Assembly (NCBI GenBank): GCA_009103225.1
Contig: RHPI01002532.1
Coordinates: forward strand, 1 to 46,746
Direction: 5' to 3'
Source: Chlorokybus atmophyticus
Taxonomy: Eukaryota > Plantae > Mesostigma and Chlorokybus algae
DNA length: 46,746 nucleotides
The notes beneath the pieces are model-generated. The model did not search any database and was not told where the DNA came from. It was given only the letters and a program-made list of their open reading frames with translations. Numbering within the stretch: the stretch's first letter is position 1; each line of letters starts with the position of its first letter. This document shows, in pieces, positions 1 to 10,160 of the stretch. A program made the position numbers and the translations under genes.

Positions 1-80
1 ACCCTAACCCTAACCCTAACCCTAACCCTAACCCTAACCCTAACCCTAACCCTAACCCTAACCCTAACCCTAACCCTAAC
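1..80 (-). repeat. Telomeric repeat array (TTAGGG)n, read as (CCCTAA)n; left chromosome end
   Basis: About 13 perfect CCCTAA units from base 1, ending in a degenerate CCCCAA unit. Confidence 0.97.
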
Positions 81-750
81 CCCAAATTTACAGAGCGCGC
101 TGAGATGCTTTTAGGATTGTATACTGTTCCAATGGAATATGTATGCATAGGTTTAGCATAAACGTTGTATTGTCGTTGCTGCCCATTTTACATTTTTACA
201 CCCGGATAGTCTGTGGCATTACTGTATGTGTCACATGATTACTCTTACGGTAATGACAAGTAAACCCCAACCCACACTAGCTTTTGCAAATTGTTCTTTA
301 GTTCAACCTTTTGCTATTTTAATTTAAATGTTAATGCATTGCATTATTGCCAGTGCTGTTGAGGCCTACAATACCTCTCGTTGATGTCTCAAGCCATTTC
401 AAGATTAATGAATTTCAGGTTGTAATGTATGTGTCACTACAGTACGACCACGTTGTCTTCCGGTGATAATTGCAAAAGGTCAATTCCTTCACCCTTAGAC
501 AAACCCCGTTATGGAAATTCCATGCTAGAATGGATGCCTTCACATACTATATACTCCATTCTTGTAGCGGGGTAAGACTGGCACGAGCCTTGTGCCAGTG
601 TCGTACGCTGTAGGCACTGGCACGCACGAATTTGCCAGTGTCTATTCGGGCGAAATGGCCATCGGTCGCTGGCTCAAAACACCGCATGCCAGTATGGGCT
701 AGTGTGGCACTGTGCTTGGGGACTGGCTTGCAAACCCTAGTGGCGGGAGC

Positions 751-3700
751 ATGGGCATGGAGGAGGCGGCGGCTGCCGGCGGGGGACCGCCGCTGATGGA
801 TCTGAACAGGTCGCCGGAGGCGCATGATGACGAGGAGAACGCAGACACGATCGCCACGCCCGTAGCCGCGGCGTCTTTCGCCGCACCTGCGGAGGAGCAG
901 CAGCAGGAGGAGCAGCATGCAGGCGCAGAGCCGGAGCCGGAACCGGAACCGGAACACGACCAGGAGCAGCAAGAAGAGGAGGTGGAACATGAGGAGGAGC
1001 ATGGAGGCAGCGTGGGCGCTGGCGATGGTGCCGAACTCGCGGCCGACGGCTACCCCGCGGAGTCGCCCTCGGCACCGCAAACGTCTGACGGCGGCAATGA
1101 CGCCGCGGAAGAGGAGGCCGTGCACGATGACCACCCCTCTGCGACCCCCACTGCGGACGAGGACTACCCGCCCGGTTACGAGTCTGAAGCAGCCACGCCT
1201 GCGGACACGCCTGGTGTACAGGTGGGTTGGGCTTGTGTATGATACGCTCAGGCGTCAGGTTGCAATCCCCTCGCTGTGCATTTCACGTGTGGGCATGCTT
1301 CTGAGCCATTGAGTTTTCCGGACCTTCTGGTCGGCAACCTAACTTGCAAGACTTGACACTGGGCAACAGCATTTGCAGATCATGCCTTGGAGCAGTGTTG
1401 CTACCACGAGCACAGTAACCTTTTGGCAACCATTGCACATGCATGCAGGGAGGAGATGGTTTTTGGAAGGATGTAAGGTCTTCACAGGATGCTGCAGCGC
1501 CTTCAGCTGGCGAGCCCGAGCCTGGCAGCAAAGCAAAACGTGCTCCGGAGGCTGAAAAGGAAGATAGGCGTTCGCGTCAAGTCAAGGAACGCAAAGCAGA
1601 AGTCGTTGAGCTCAGCTCCGCTTATGAGGAAGCCTTGAGAAAGCTCGATTCAAGTGTGCAGACAAAGCTGAGGCGGATGATTGACGATGGCAAGGTGAGT
1701 GTGGCCAAGCGCTACAGAATTCACAAGTTGTGGAAGCATTCGGTGTCACCGGAAGCTGTCCCACAGGCCTGCTCAGTCTTGTCGTTGGTTAGTTTGTTGC
1801 ATGCGAGCCGGATGCAAGCTTGGTACTGCGCACGCTATGCATCCAGCGTGGCCATGCTTTGCTGTGTGAACCAGACCGCGCCACAATGCAGCTTCCCCCT
1901 GGTAGGCTTCACCAGATGAGGTTGACATGCGGTCGCTGGAGGCGCTATCCGAGTTCTCTCCAGCATCAGCCGTTGACATTCTTGAACAGTACGCCACGTT
2001 TGACAAGACGAATGTGCGCAACAAGGCCTCCTATCTCATGGGGTTCATGAAGCGATACCGCAGTGATAAGGAACCTGGGGGCGGTAGCGGTAGGCCCACC
2101 AGCACGCGCGAAAGCGGCCGCCACCCAGATAGCGGCCGCCAGTCCAGGCAGGAGCGCGACGCGCGCGAGCGTCCGCCACCAGACTTGCGGATGTCGCCCG
2201 CCCTCTCGCGCGCGCTCGACAACCTTTACCGTCGTGGTGCCATCAAGCGCGGTGATCTTGATGATCGCTGTTTTGGTGAGCTGGTTCTCAGCTGATAGCG
2301 TCGCTTGCGTAGTTATCAACCCAGTCACCATCGCTCGTCGAGTTAAAAGCAAGCAATCCTGTCTTGACCACATAGTGCAAGCTGCGCGGATCGTGTTCAA
2401 CATGTCATTGACCCACTAGTTTGAGAGAGTGCGCTCCCTGTATGGGTGTGCTCTTAGTGACGTGGGGAGACAAGCACATGCTGCTCTTGTGCCTGGCCAG
2501 GATCGCAACCTGCATCGGCAGCGCATGCATGTGCCATATGTAAACGCAATGCACACTCATTGCAACTTGATGGTATGCTTATGACATTGTCTGGGCCGCA
2601 GATTACCTGCAGTCTTTGCCGGAGAGCATAGCGTTGGACTCGCTGTACGAGTTGTCCAGCTCTGCATTGAAAGATGTGCGCAACATCTCAGCATTCTTCA
2701 TGACGGTTTGTAGGTATGTAACTTTGAAGGGTCATTGTTGCAGCGACAGGTTGCACAGAGTGCTTGTTGTACACTTGGTGATAGCAAAGCAAATTGTGCA
2801 GACGCAACCTGCACAATGCTGGAGACAGGCTGCCTCCACAACGGCCACGATTACAAGGTCCACCACAACGCCCAGGGTATTCCGACAGGGGTGATAGGCG
2901 AGATCGGTATGACCGTGACCGGTACGATCGCGGCCGTGCTGGCTACCACAGGGATTACCCAGACTACTATGATCGCCGGCCATATTATGAACCAGAGCCT
3001 GAACCATATTCAATGCGCGGGCCACCACTGAGACCGCCGAGAGGCGATTACCCGCCGTCAAGGTCATCTAGAGGCGACTACATTGGTCCGGATGGACCAG
3101 GCCCCAGTCGCAGCCATCGCGGTCCTCCTGTACACCTGCCTCCTCCCCTTTATGAGGTGCCGACTGCATTGTATTTAAACCGTTCTGTAGACCTTCTTGT
3201 GATCTCACCTTCAACTGTTATTTTCAGCCTTCTGTTGATCGACTTTGGTCCTCGCCATCTGCGTTTCCGGAAGAGTTGAATTCGTATGCACCACCACCTA
3301 TTAGTGGAGGCTACGAGCCTGGCTACAGACCCGGGCGCTTGGCCCCATCCCATGTATCGTGCCACTGCGCGTTTGCGGTGTCCACCAGTCGATCTTGTCA
3401 AGCTCATGAGTCATAGCTGACGCTTGTTGTTTTCTTAGGTTCCACCACTTGTGCCTGAGCCTGAGCCACAGCGCTTGCAATCTGCAGTGGCATCGCGTAT
3501 CCAGTTTCTGTTTGACCAAGGCGTCTTTGATCCTCGTGACTTTGATGATCGAGCTTGGTCTATGCTGGCGCAGATGCCGGTAAGTTGCAAGACGTTGCCA
3601 ACATGATAGCTCTGAGTACTGCACTGCGCCACACTGGTATCAATCGCTTTACTTGCCAGGAAATTGACGCACTGGCAGCTCTGGATGAGTTGGAGGCAGT

Positions 3701-4100
3701 CGGCAGGCGAGATATGGGATCTGTCCGGAACCTGAGCGCCTATTTCATGGGCATAGCTCGCAAGTCAGCAATAGTGTAGCACTGCAGCCTGTTACACGTG
3801 ATGGCAACCACATTGACCTGCCAGCCCGTGTACTCTGTTGGTGAAGCAACTGCGACACTTAAAACATGTTTTGCAGGTATGGTTCTCAAAGACCGCCTGC
3901 GGCTTCGCCTCGTTTGCCGCCCATGCGCAATGGTGGCCGCACGCCAGCTCTGTATCCTTCTCGAGGGGATATCGAGCCTAGAGGTGGGTGCTGTGTCGTT
4001 TTCTTGCCAGCAGCTATCGTAGGCAGCACTAACATACAGGACAGGTGGGTATGGAGGGCCTCCTCCTCCGAGGGGTGGGGAGTATTCAAGACGGCGGTGA
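751..4100 (+). CDS. 10-exon gene, ~673 aa: acidic N-terminus, three hnRNP Q/SYNCRIP acidic-domain (AcD)-like repeats, Arg/Gly/Pro/Tyr-rich low-complexity linkers, no RRM seen
   Basis: Hand-spliced GT-AG exons 751-1221, 1488-1694, 1906-2275, 2602-2713, 2829-3156, 3228-3353, 3439-3579, 3660-3763, 3877-3983, 4045-4100 join in frame (2022 nt) to TGA 4098-4100. The motif recurs three times: VDMRSLEAL..VRNKASYLMGFMKRYR; LDDRCFDYL..VRNISAFFMTVCR; FDDRAWSML..VRNLSAYFMGIARK. It resembles hnRNP Q AcD (LDERAIDAL..VQNKSAFLCGVMKTYR). Confidence 0.85.
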
Positions 4101-6623
4101 CAACAAGCAGCGCGCTCATCGTACATCAGGCATTGCCCTCATCAGAGACAGTATTCCTGCCTGTTTTACACCCTTGGTGTCATGTGCTTGTCATGTTCGT
4201 TTGTAATGGGGTCTGGTGGCTGTTGATGGCAGTCATGAAGTTCTGAGCTTGTGCATGCACTGCGGTAGACAGTGCTGCTTGTGGCTACACTAGGGGCTTG
4301 CGTGTGCCGTCAGGTCAGTAGGCGCGAATATGGGATGGTTCTGGCAGCTGCTATTAGCTATGCGGGCTATTCTTTTCTTTTGCTCAATGCAACATAGACA
4401 TGTGTGGACGCAGGAAGTGGAACCCTGCGACCATAGGTAGGTCTGATGCAGGCGGTACTGTTCCTAACAACTACCATTGGCAAAAACTGGCTTGTATATC
4501 TGCAGCATGGTGCCGTGCACAGTAACCAACAATGCAGCAATTGCACCGTTGCTTCTGACAACGCACTTGTTGCGACAACTGTGTTTCGCCCAGTTAGCAC
4601 AGTTAGATACACGCTAACGTCATTCAAAGGAAACCTGCCTTTCCAAGTCAGAGTTTCCTCAAACATTACATGTCCATGCCAACCACCTGCAGGTGTACTG
4701 ATGTTGTGTTCATGTGTACGACTAGCAGTGTCGCTCTGCTAACTTTCAGCTGTGTACACTAACAGACATTGACAATGAGAGAGATCTCACCATATGAGCA
4801 GATAAGCCCAACAAACCGAAGTCTGTGCAAGGAGGAAGAGAGCCATGAACATGACAAGCGCCAAAGTGACGAAGCACACTGCCACGTCATGACTATCATC
4901 CCATGACCACAACCATGCACCCCACAACAGCTCACACAGAAGCATGCCCTGCACAGCGCGTGTGTGTGCACCCACACGCACCTGCTGCGAGCCATGTGCA
5001 TGCCCAAAACCCTTACATCTTTGAACACATGCGAACACACATGCACGCGCGCGCATCTCCACAACGTGTACATCAAGAAAAGTAACATGGGCAAGGGTCC
5101 AGGAACGTATCCATGCCTAATGCGCGCATGCACAGACGTGGGTGCGCACACGTGCGCACATAACCTGTTGCATCGGCACTCACCCAATGTGTCCGCTAAA
5201 CTGCGCCGATCCAGGTGATGATGATGCTGTATCACATGGGCACAAAAAGCATGGATCTGAATATGCGCATGGCCAAACGCATGCGAGGAAGTCTGCTAGT
5301 CAGGGGCCAGGCAGCGGCAACAGCACCATAGATTGTAGTCACATGAAAGCCGCTTCATTGGTACAATAGTGAATACAGGAGAACTCATTCACAAAGCAGA
5401 ATAGCAGTGCAGCCCACATCTGGTAAGGCGTCCACGGACCGCCTAGAGAGCGTGATGCGCAACACCCATATGGTGTGTGAGCAAACTCCAGAGGTGCTGT
5501 GTGTGCGTGTGCGTGCAGAAGTCAGAAGAGTTACAACGGTGCGTCGACTCGCCCCAGGTATTGTTGCCGATGGACCACCCGGCTAGCTAACCACAATCAA
5601 TGCTACAAACCCTCGCATACAATTCAACTGTGATGCTCGACCACTACTGCCCAGCCCAGTCACTGCACACATAGCGAGGTGTATCCGAAAACATAGGGTT
5701 GAGGAATGCTTGCAAGTAATGCGTGCATGGGTGTGTGCAACAGTGACAGAATTTAGTGTCAGCGAGCGAAGAATGGGGTTTAGGCTTTTGGCTTGAGGTA
5801 GGTACTACAACAACAAGCTGCAGCAAACTCACAGCACACACACCAGGGCCTACATCTCCATGATCCGTGTCTCACAAAATGTCATTGTCATCCCGCCTGT
5901 CACATCAGCCGCCGCCGGTCATCGGCAGCACCACACGTGTACCGCTTACCACAACAGACACGGCCGTGCGTGTGTGTCTCACTCACAGGACAGCACACGG
6001 TGGTGCGGTCTGTGCTGGCACGGCCGGTTGGCTGGCTGGCTGGCCACACGCGGGGATGCCTCATCATCAATATCAACCCCTGCCGCCATTCTCTCAGCCA
6101 CTGAGGGTGGGGTGGATAGGGATATGAACGACGGGAGTGATGGTGTATACGTGTAGGCTACCGCGACGTCCCGTAGCGGCGGCGGCGGTGTGACGCAAAG
6201 CCGCCGCCGCCGCTACGCAACAGAGCCAGGCATCTTACTACTGTGCGTGTCTTTCCGTAAGCAAGGACACGGCGGGCTGCGTTCCGGAGTGGATTAGCAA
6301 AAAGGCACCCACAGGGGCATCCGACGCATCCACGCGTGAAAAATGCGGAGCCTCTTGGCAATCATGCGCGCCCGTGTGCGTGATTGGCGTGACAAACCAG
6401 CTGGTGTGAGCGTGCTGCGCTTTGCTGTGTGTGTTGGTGTGGGCGCGGGCGGGGTACTTTGTACCACCTTTGACATCACATATCACACAGGCGGTGGCGC
6501 TAGTGCTCTAGGGAGAGCAGCAGGGAGCAGGGTGGTACCGGTGGGCGCGCCGTGAAAGGTGAGAGGTGCGACAGGGGTTGGTGTACCTGTGGATCTGGGT
6601 GGTGCATGCATGGCAAACAAGCT

Positions 6624-6625
<2 letters not shown>

Positions 6626-6688
<63 letters not shown>
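6626..6688. repeat. (CT)n microsatellite just upstream of the ATG of the secreted-protein gene
   Basis: About 31 TC units. Confidence 0.95.
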
Positions 6689-6692
<4 letters not shown>

Positions 6693-6737
6693 GCTAAGAC
6701 ACCGGGTGTTGCGCTGATCAGCTTCCCTCCCTACACA

Positions 6738-8074
6738 ATGTTGGGCCTCACGCGCACTCCCTCTCTCGTCATCTTCCTCCTGGTGGTCTCCGTCACCCTC
6801 TCCAGCCACACCAGGTTGGCCGCCGGCAACAACGTGGCGGTGTTCGAGTCCGGCAACGGCGCCCGCTACGTGTACAACAACACCGCCGTGAGCGTCTTTG
6901 TCAACCACGTCATAGAGGTGGAGAAGTACCAGGTGGGTATGAGAGAGAGGCAAGATAACACACACACACACATGGCTTGTGACTTGTGTTCAACTCCTCT
7001 CTCCCTCTCCCACCAGGTTCTCCTTCTCATCATCTCCTACGAGTACGGCGGCGCCAGGTGCAAGGGCGTCCCCAACACGTTCTTCCCTGGCGTGGTTGCC
7101 ACGACGGGCGACATCTCCGTGACCCTCCCCGCGCTGCGCGACCCGGGCATTGTGCCCGTGGTGGGACCCGGCAAGAACCAACTCACCTACGCAGTCGTCT
7201 TCCAGCTGGGGGACAAGGTGGGCAATGGGGAAGAAAAGGGGGGGAGCGTACAGAATTGTTGGTGTGTGTGTGTGTGTGNNNNNNNNNNNNNNNNNNNNNN
7301 NNNNNNNNNNNNNNNNNNNNNNNNNNNNNNNNNNNNNNNNNNNNNNNNNNNNNNNNNNNNNNNNNNNGGCAAGAAATGCCTGGTTGAGGGGGGGTGTCTT
7401 GAGTATGTGGGTGTGTGCGCGCGCGCTCGTGCACATCGAGGTAACGCGTGTGCGCTTGCTGTCAGATGGGCGACAAGGTGTGACTGAGTGGGGAGGGGCA
7501 TTGTGTTGATGCGTGGATGTGCATGTGTGTGCCTGCAGTCCCCCTGCCCCCGTGCGCCATTGGACATGGGCGGACCTTTCCCTGGCATCCCACTGTCGCG
7601 TGAAGATGCGCAAGCGGTGCTCTATGCGCCGGTTGTTGCCGCCGACAACATCATACAGGCGCTGGTGGGCATACTGCTGCAACCCACCACCGGACTTGGG
7701 GTAAAGGGGGCAAACATGCGCATGCACACATGCACCCACGCATACACGCACGCGTACACACGCGCCCACATCACAACTCCCTGCACACACGCCTTGTTGC
7801 CTATTGCACGGCACATCCAACTCATCGGCCCTTTGTGTGTGGGTGTGCGTGTGCACAGCAAACGGGCGTTACGCAAGTGGCGTCCGTGCAGGATCCCCCT
7901 CCTGCTGCCAACACTCACAAGTCTTCCCCCTCCCCCTCCCCCTCTCCTTCTTCCTGCAACGGCATGCCAGCGGCGCCGGTGCCACCGGAGAGCAGTGTGA
8001 TTTCTGTTGCCTCCTTCCCCGTGCTGCCAGGTGCTTTGTAGTTGTGTGCTTGTGCTTTGGGGGGGGGAGGGGGN

Positions 8075-8150
<76 letters not shown>

Positions 8151-8234
8151 CGGGGGGGGGGGGAGGGGGCGCAAACTGCTTGTGTGCGTGCTGCAGGTGT
8201 GAAGCTGATACGGCAAAAGCGCCAATGTTCCTAA
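6738..8234 (+). CDS. Putative secreted protein with Ser/Pro-rich linker; at least 5 exons, spans an assembly gap
   Basis: The N-terminus MLGLTRTPSLVIFLLVVSVTLSSHTRLAA is signal-peptide-like. Exons 6738-6932 and 7017-7217 are GC3-rich with GT-AG ends. Probable later exons are 7539-~7663, 7892-8030 (SPSPSPSP) and 8197-8234, with a consistent phase-1 junction to TAA. No family recognised. Confidence 0.6.
7279..7367. other. Assembly gap (89 N) after a (GT)n run
   Basis: N run. Confidence 0.99.
8058..8161. repeat. ~100-bp poly-G tract in an intron; true length doubtful
   Basis: Homopolymer with one internal n. Long poly-G runs are a common sequencing or assembly artefact. Confidence 0.7.
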
Positions 8235-8789
8235 GCACCTGTACGCAGGTGCGCAATGCAATGGGACATGATTGTGCAGTGCGCTTGCACGCGCATGCAC
8301 GCTTGTGTCCCCGTGCTTGCAAGGTTGGTTGCACTCTCTCGACGCATCTGTGTGTCTGTGTGCAAGCGCAGCTGCGGACTAGACGTGCTAGGTGTAAGCC
8401 AACAGCAGTCAGGTACGGCAGAAACACAGACATGCGAGGTCCACTTGCGCATCTCTGCACACACGCAGTATGGAGTCTCATCACTGAATGTCTGAGACGA
8501 GTTTAAGTTCATTCTGCATGTGTGGGTGTGCATGCAGGGTGAGAATAGACACAAACTTGTGTTTTATTTTGGAAGGTTGGAGCAGGAGCAAGCGGTGGCA
8601 GAGGGATATACACGCTGGCCAAGAGTATCATTACAAATACTACTTTTACATCATAGTCTCAAACGCTATTACTTCTCAAGGTCAAATGTAGCCATTGTCA
8701 TACCATGCGCGTGCAGAACATGAAGGTGTGTGAAGTCTTCAGACCTTTACGGTAATGCTATTGAGCACAGTAAGGGAGCGATAAAATGT

Positions 8790-9960
8790 GCAAGCGAGTT
8801 TGTTTTTTGGTGCGCAAATCCCAGGCAGTAACAGATGCGCAACCTTGATGCTCAAAGCGTTGACTGCGGCAAGAGCACCAGAGCCATGACAAGCAGCAGA
8901 ACAACGAACAACAATTGATGCCATACCAACTTGTGCTCGTGCTTACTAAATAAGTGAAAGCACAAGCACAATCGTAGTCCGTGTGCAAGCAGGTTATGGC
9001 AGCGCAGATGGCATCATCGCAGTCAGCAGCAACACACAAGTATATGTACAGTATACAACCATTGTAAAATGACCTTGAAAATAGATAATGTTTTAAACAC
9101 CATATTCTATTACAACGCAATGTATGCTCAGTCTTGAGGCATGTGGCCACCCATGCAGCACATTTGCCCGTAACCTTATGATGAAGAACCCAACATTCTG
9201 CAACTTCCGCGTCACAGAATGTTCTCTTGTAACGTTTGCATGATGCCATCACACAAGCATTTATATTACATATATATTACATTTGTAACATTATTTTCAT
9301 CACAAACATTTTGTGTCATGACGCTGCAGTAGTCAGTTATGTATACAACCTTTTTGTGCATATTGCCAGTGACCAGCTATATCGTCAGGCCATAGGCATA
9401 CCCATGGGCAGTAGTGCTGGAGTCTACCTGGCAAACTTTGATCTTTTCACTTATGAGTTGGAGGTTGTGGAGAGGTTGGTTGCGGCTGGACTGCGTTCAT
9501 TAGCGCTGGGGTTTGCACGCTATGTCTTGCGATATGTTGATGATGTTCTTGTTGTGGCATTGCCAGAGTTCATGCAGTGCATGTACTTGAATCTCACGTC
9601 ATTGCGGGGAGGGATCTACCCCCAGCACATGTTGACATTATCCAGTCAGAGCATGGCATGTGCATTCCGTTCTTATACTTGTTGATACTTTAATACCCAC
9701 AAGGCCTGGCAACGAGAGTCTACAACAAACTTAATACGGCACCTTTTAGATTCGTGCCGAGACGATGTGCTCCACACCCGGACGGCAACATCTCCAAGAC
9801 TTCAAAGCTGGGGTAGTGGTGTCTTAGTTTGTATGTTTTACACGCATATGCACCACGGGAGCACTTTCTGGATGCCATGGTGCAGCTGCTTAGAGACATG
9901 CAAAGGGATGGTTATATGATGCAGGTGATGATGTTGGCTAAGTTGCGTGCCAAGATGTTC
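8790..9960 (+). pseudogene. Degenerate Penelope-like retroelement reverse transcriptase (Naiad/Chlamys-like)
   Basis: YRQAIGIPMGSSAGVYLAN, RYVDD and GGIYP occur in ORF 9236-9685. A frameshifted thumb-like motif PHPDGNISKTSKLGVVVS*FVCFTRICT follows at ~9770-9860, and IPGSNRCAT at ~8815-8845 resembles the N-terminal RT motif. Stops and frameshifts are present; no endonuclease seen. Confidence 0.8.
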
Positions 9961-10012
9961 AGGAAGAGTGTACAGGGGAGACTATAAGTCCCTATACTTG
10001 CAAGCGGCCCAT

Positions 10013-10160
10013 TGTCGTGCCTTCCCTCATCGTGGCTGGAACTCGTCGTAAGCCACCTTGTCATGCATGTCCGCATGCTATTGTACACCATTAGACCATG
10101 TCATGCTGTCTCATGCACTGTCTCTCATCACGTAGACACGCACATGAAAGATGCGTGTCA
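10013..10160 (-). mobile_element. Putative short or truncated 3' LTR of the PHD-gypsy
   Basis: On the minus strand the purine tract AGGGGGTGG (10161-10169) directly precedes TGACACGC. A TG..CA boundary is plausible at 10013, but no matching second LTR was found. Confidence 0.4.

Noticed and set aside
4400-6150. Additional gene between the two host genes
   Set aside because: There are some exon-like pieces, but no consistent spliced ORF or recognisable motif.
7869-8506. Poly-Gly and poly-Pro ORFs
   Set aside because: They are translations of the poly-G tract.
8600-10010. Hammerhead ribozyme beside the Penelope-like RT
   Set aside because: No CTGANGA...GAAA core with stems was found by eye on either strand.
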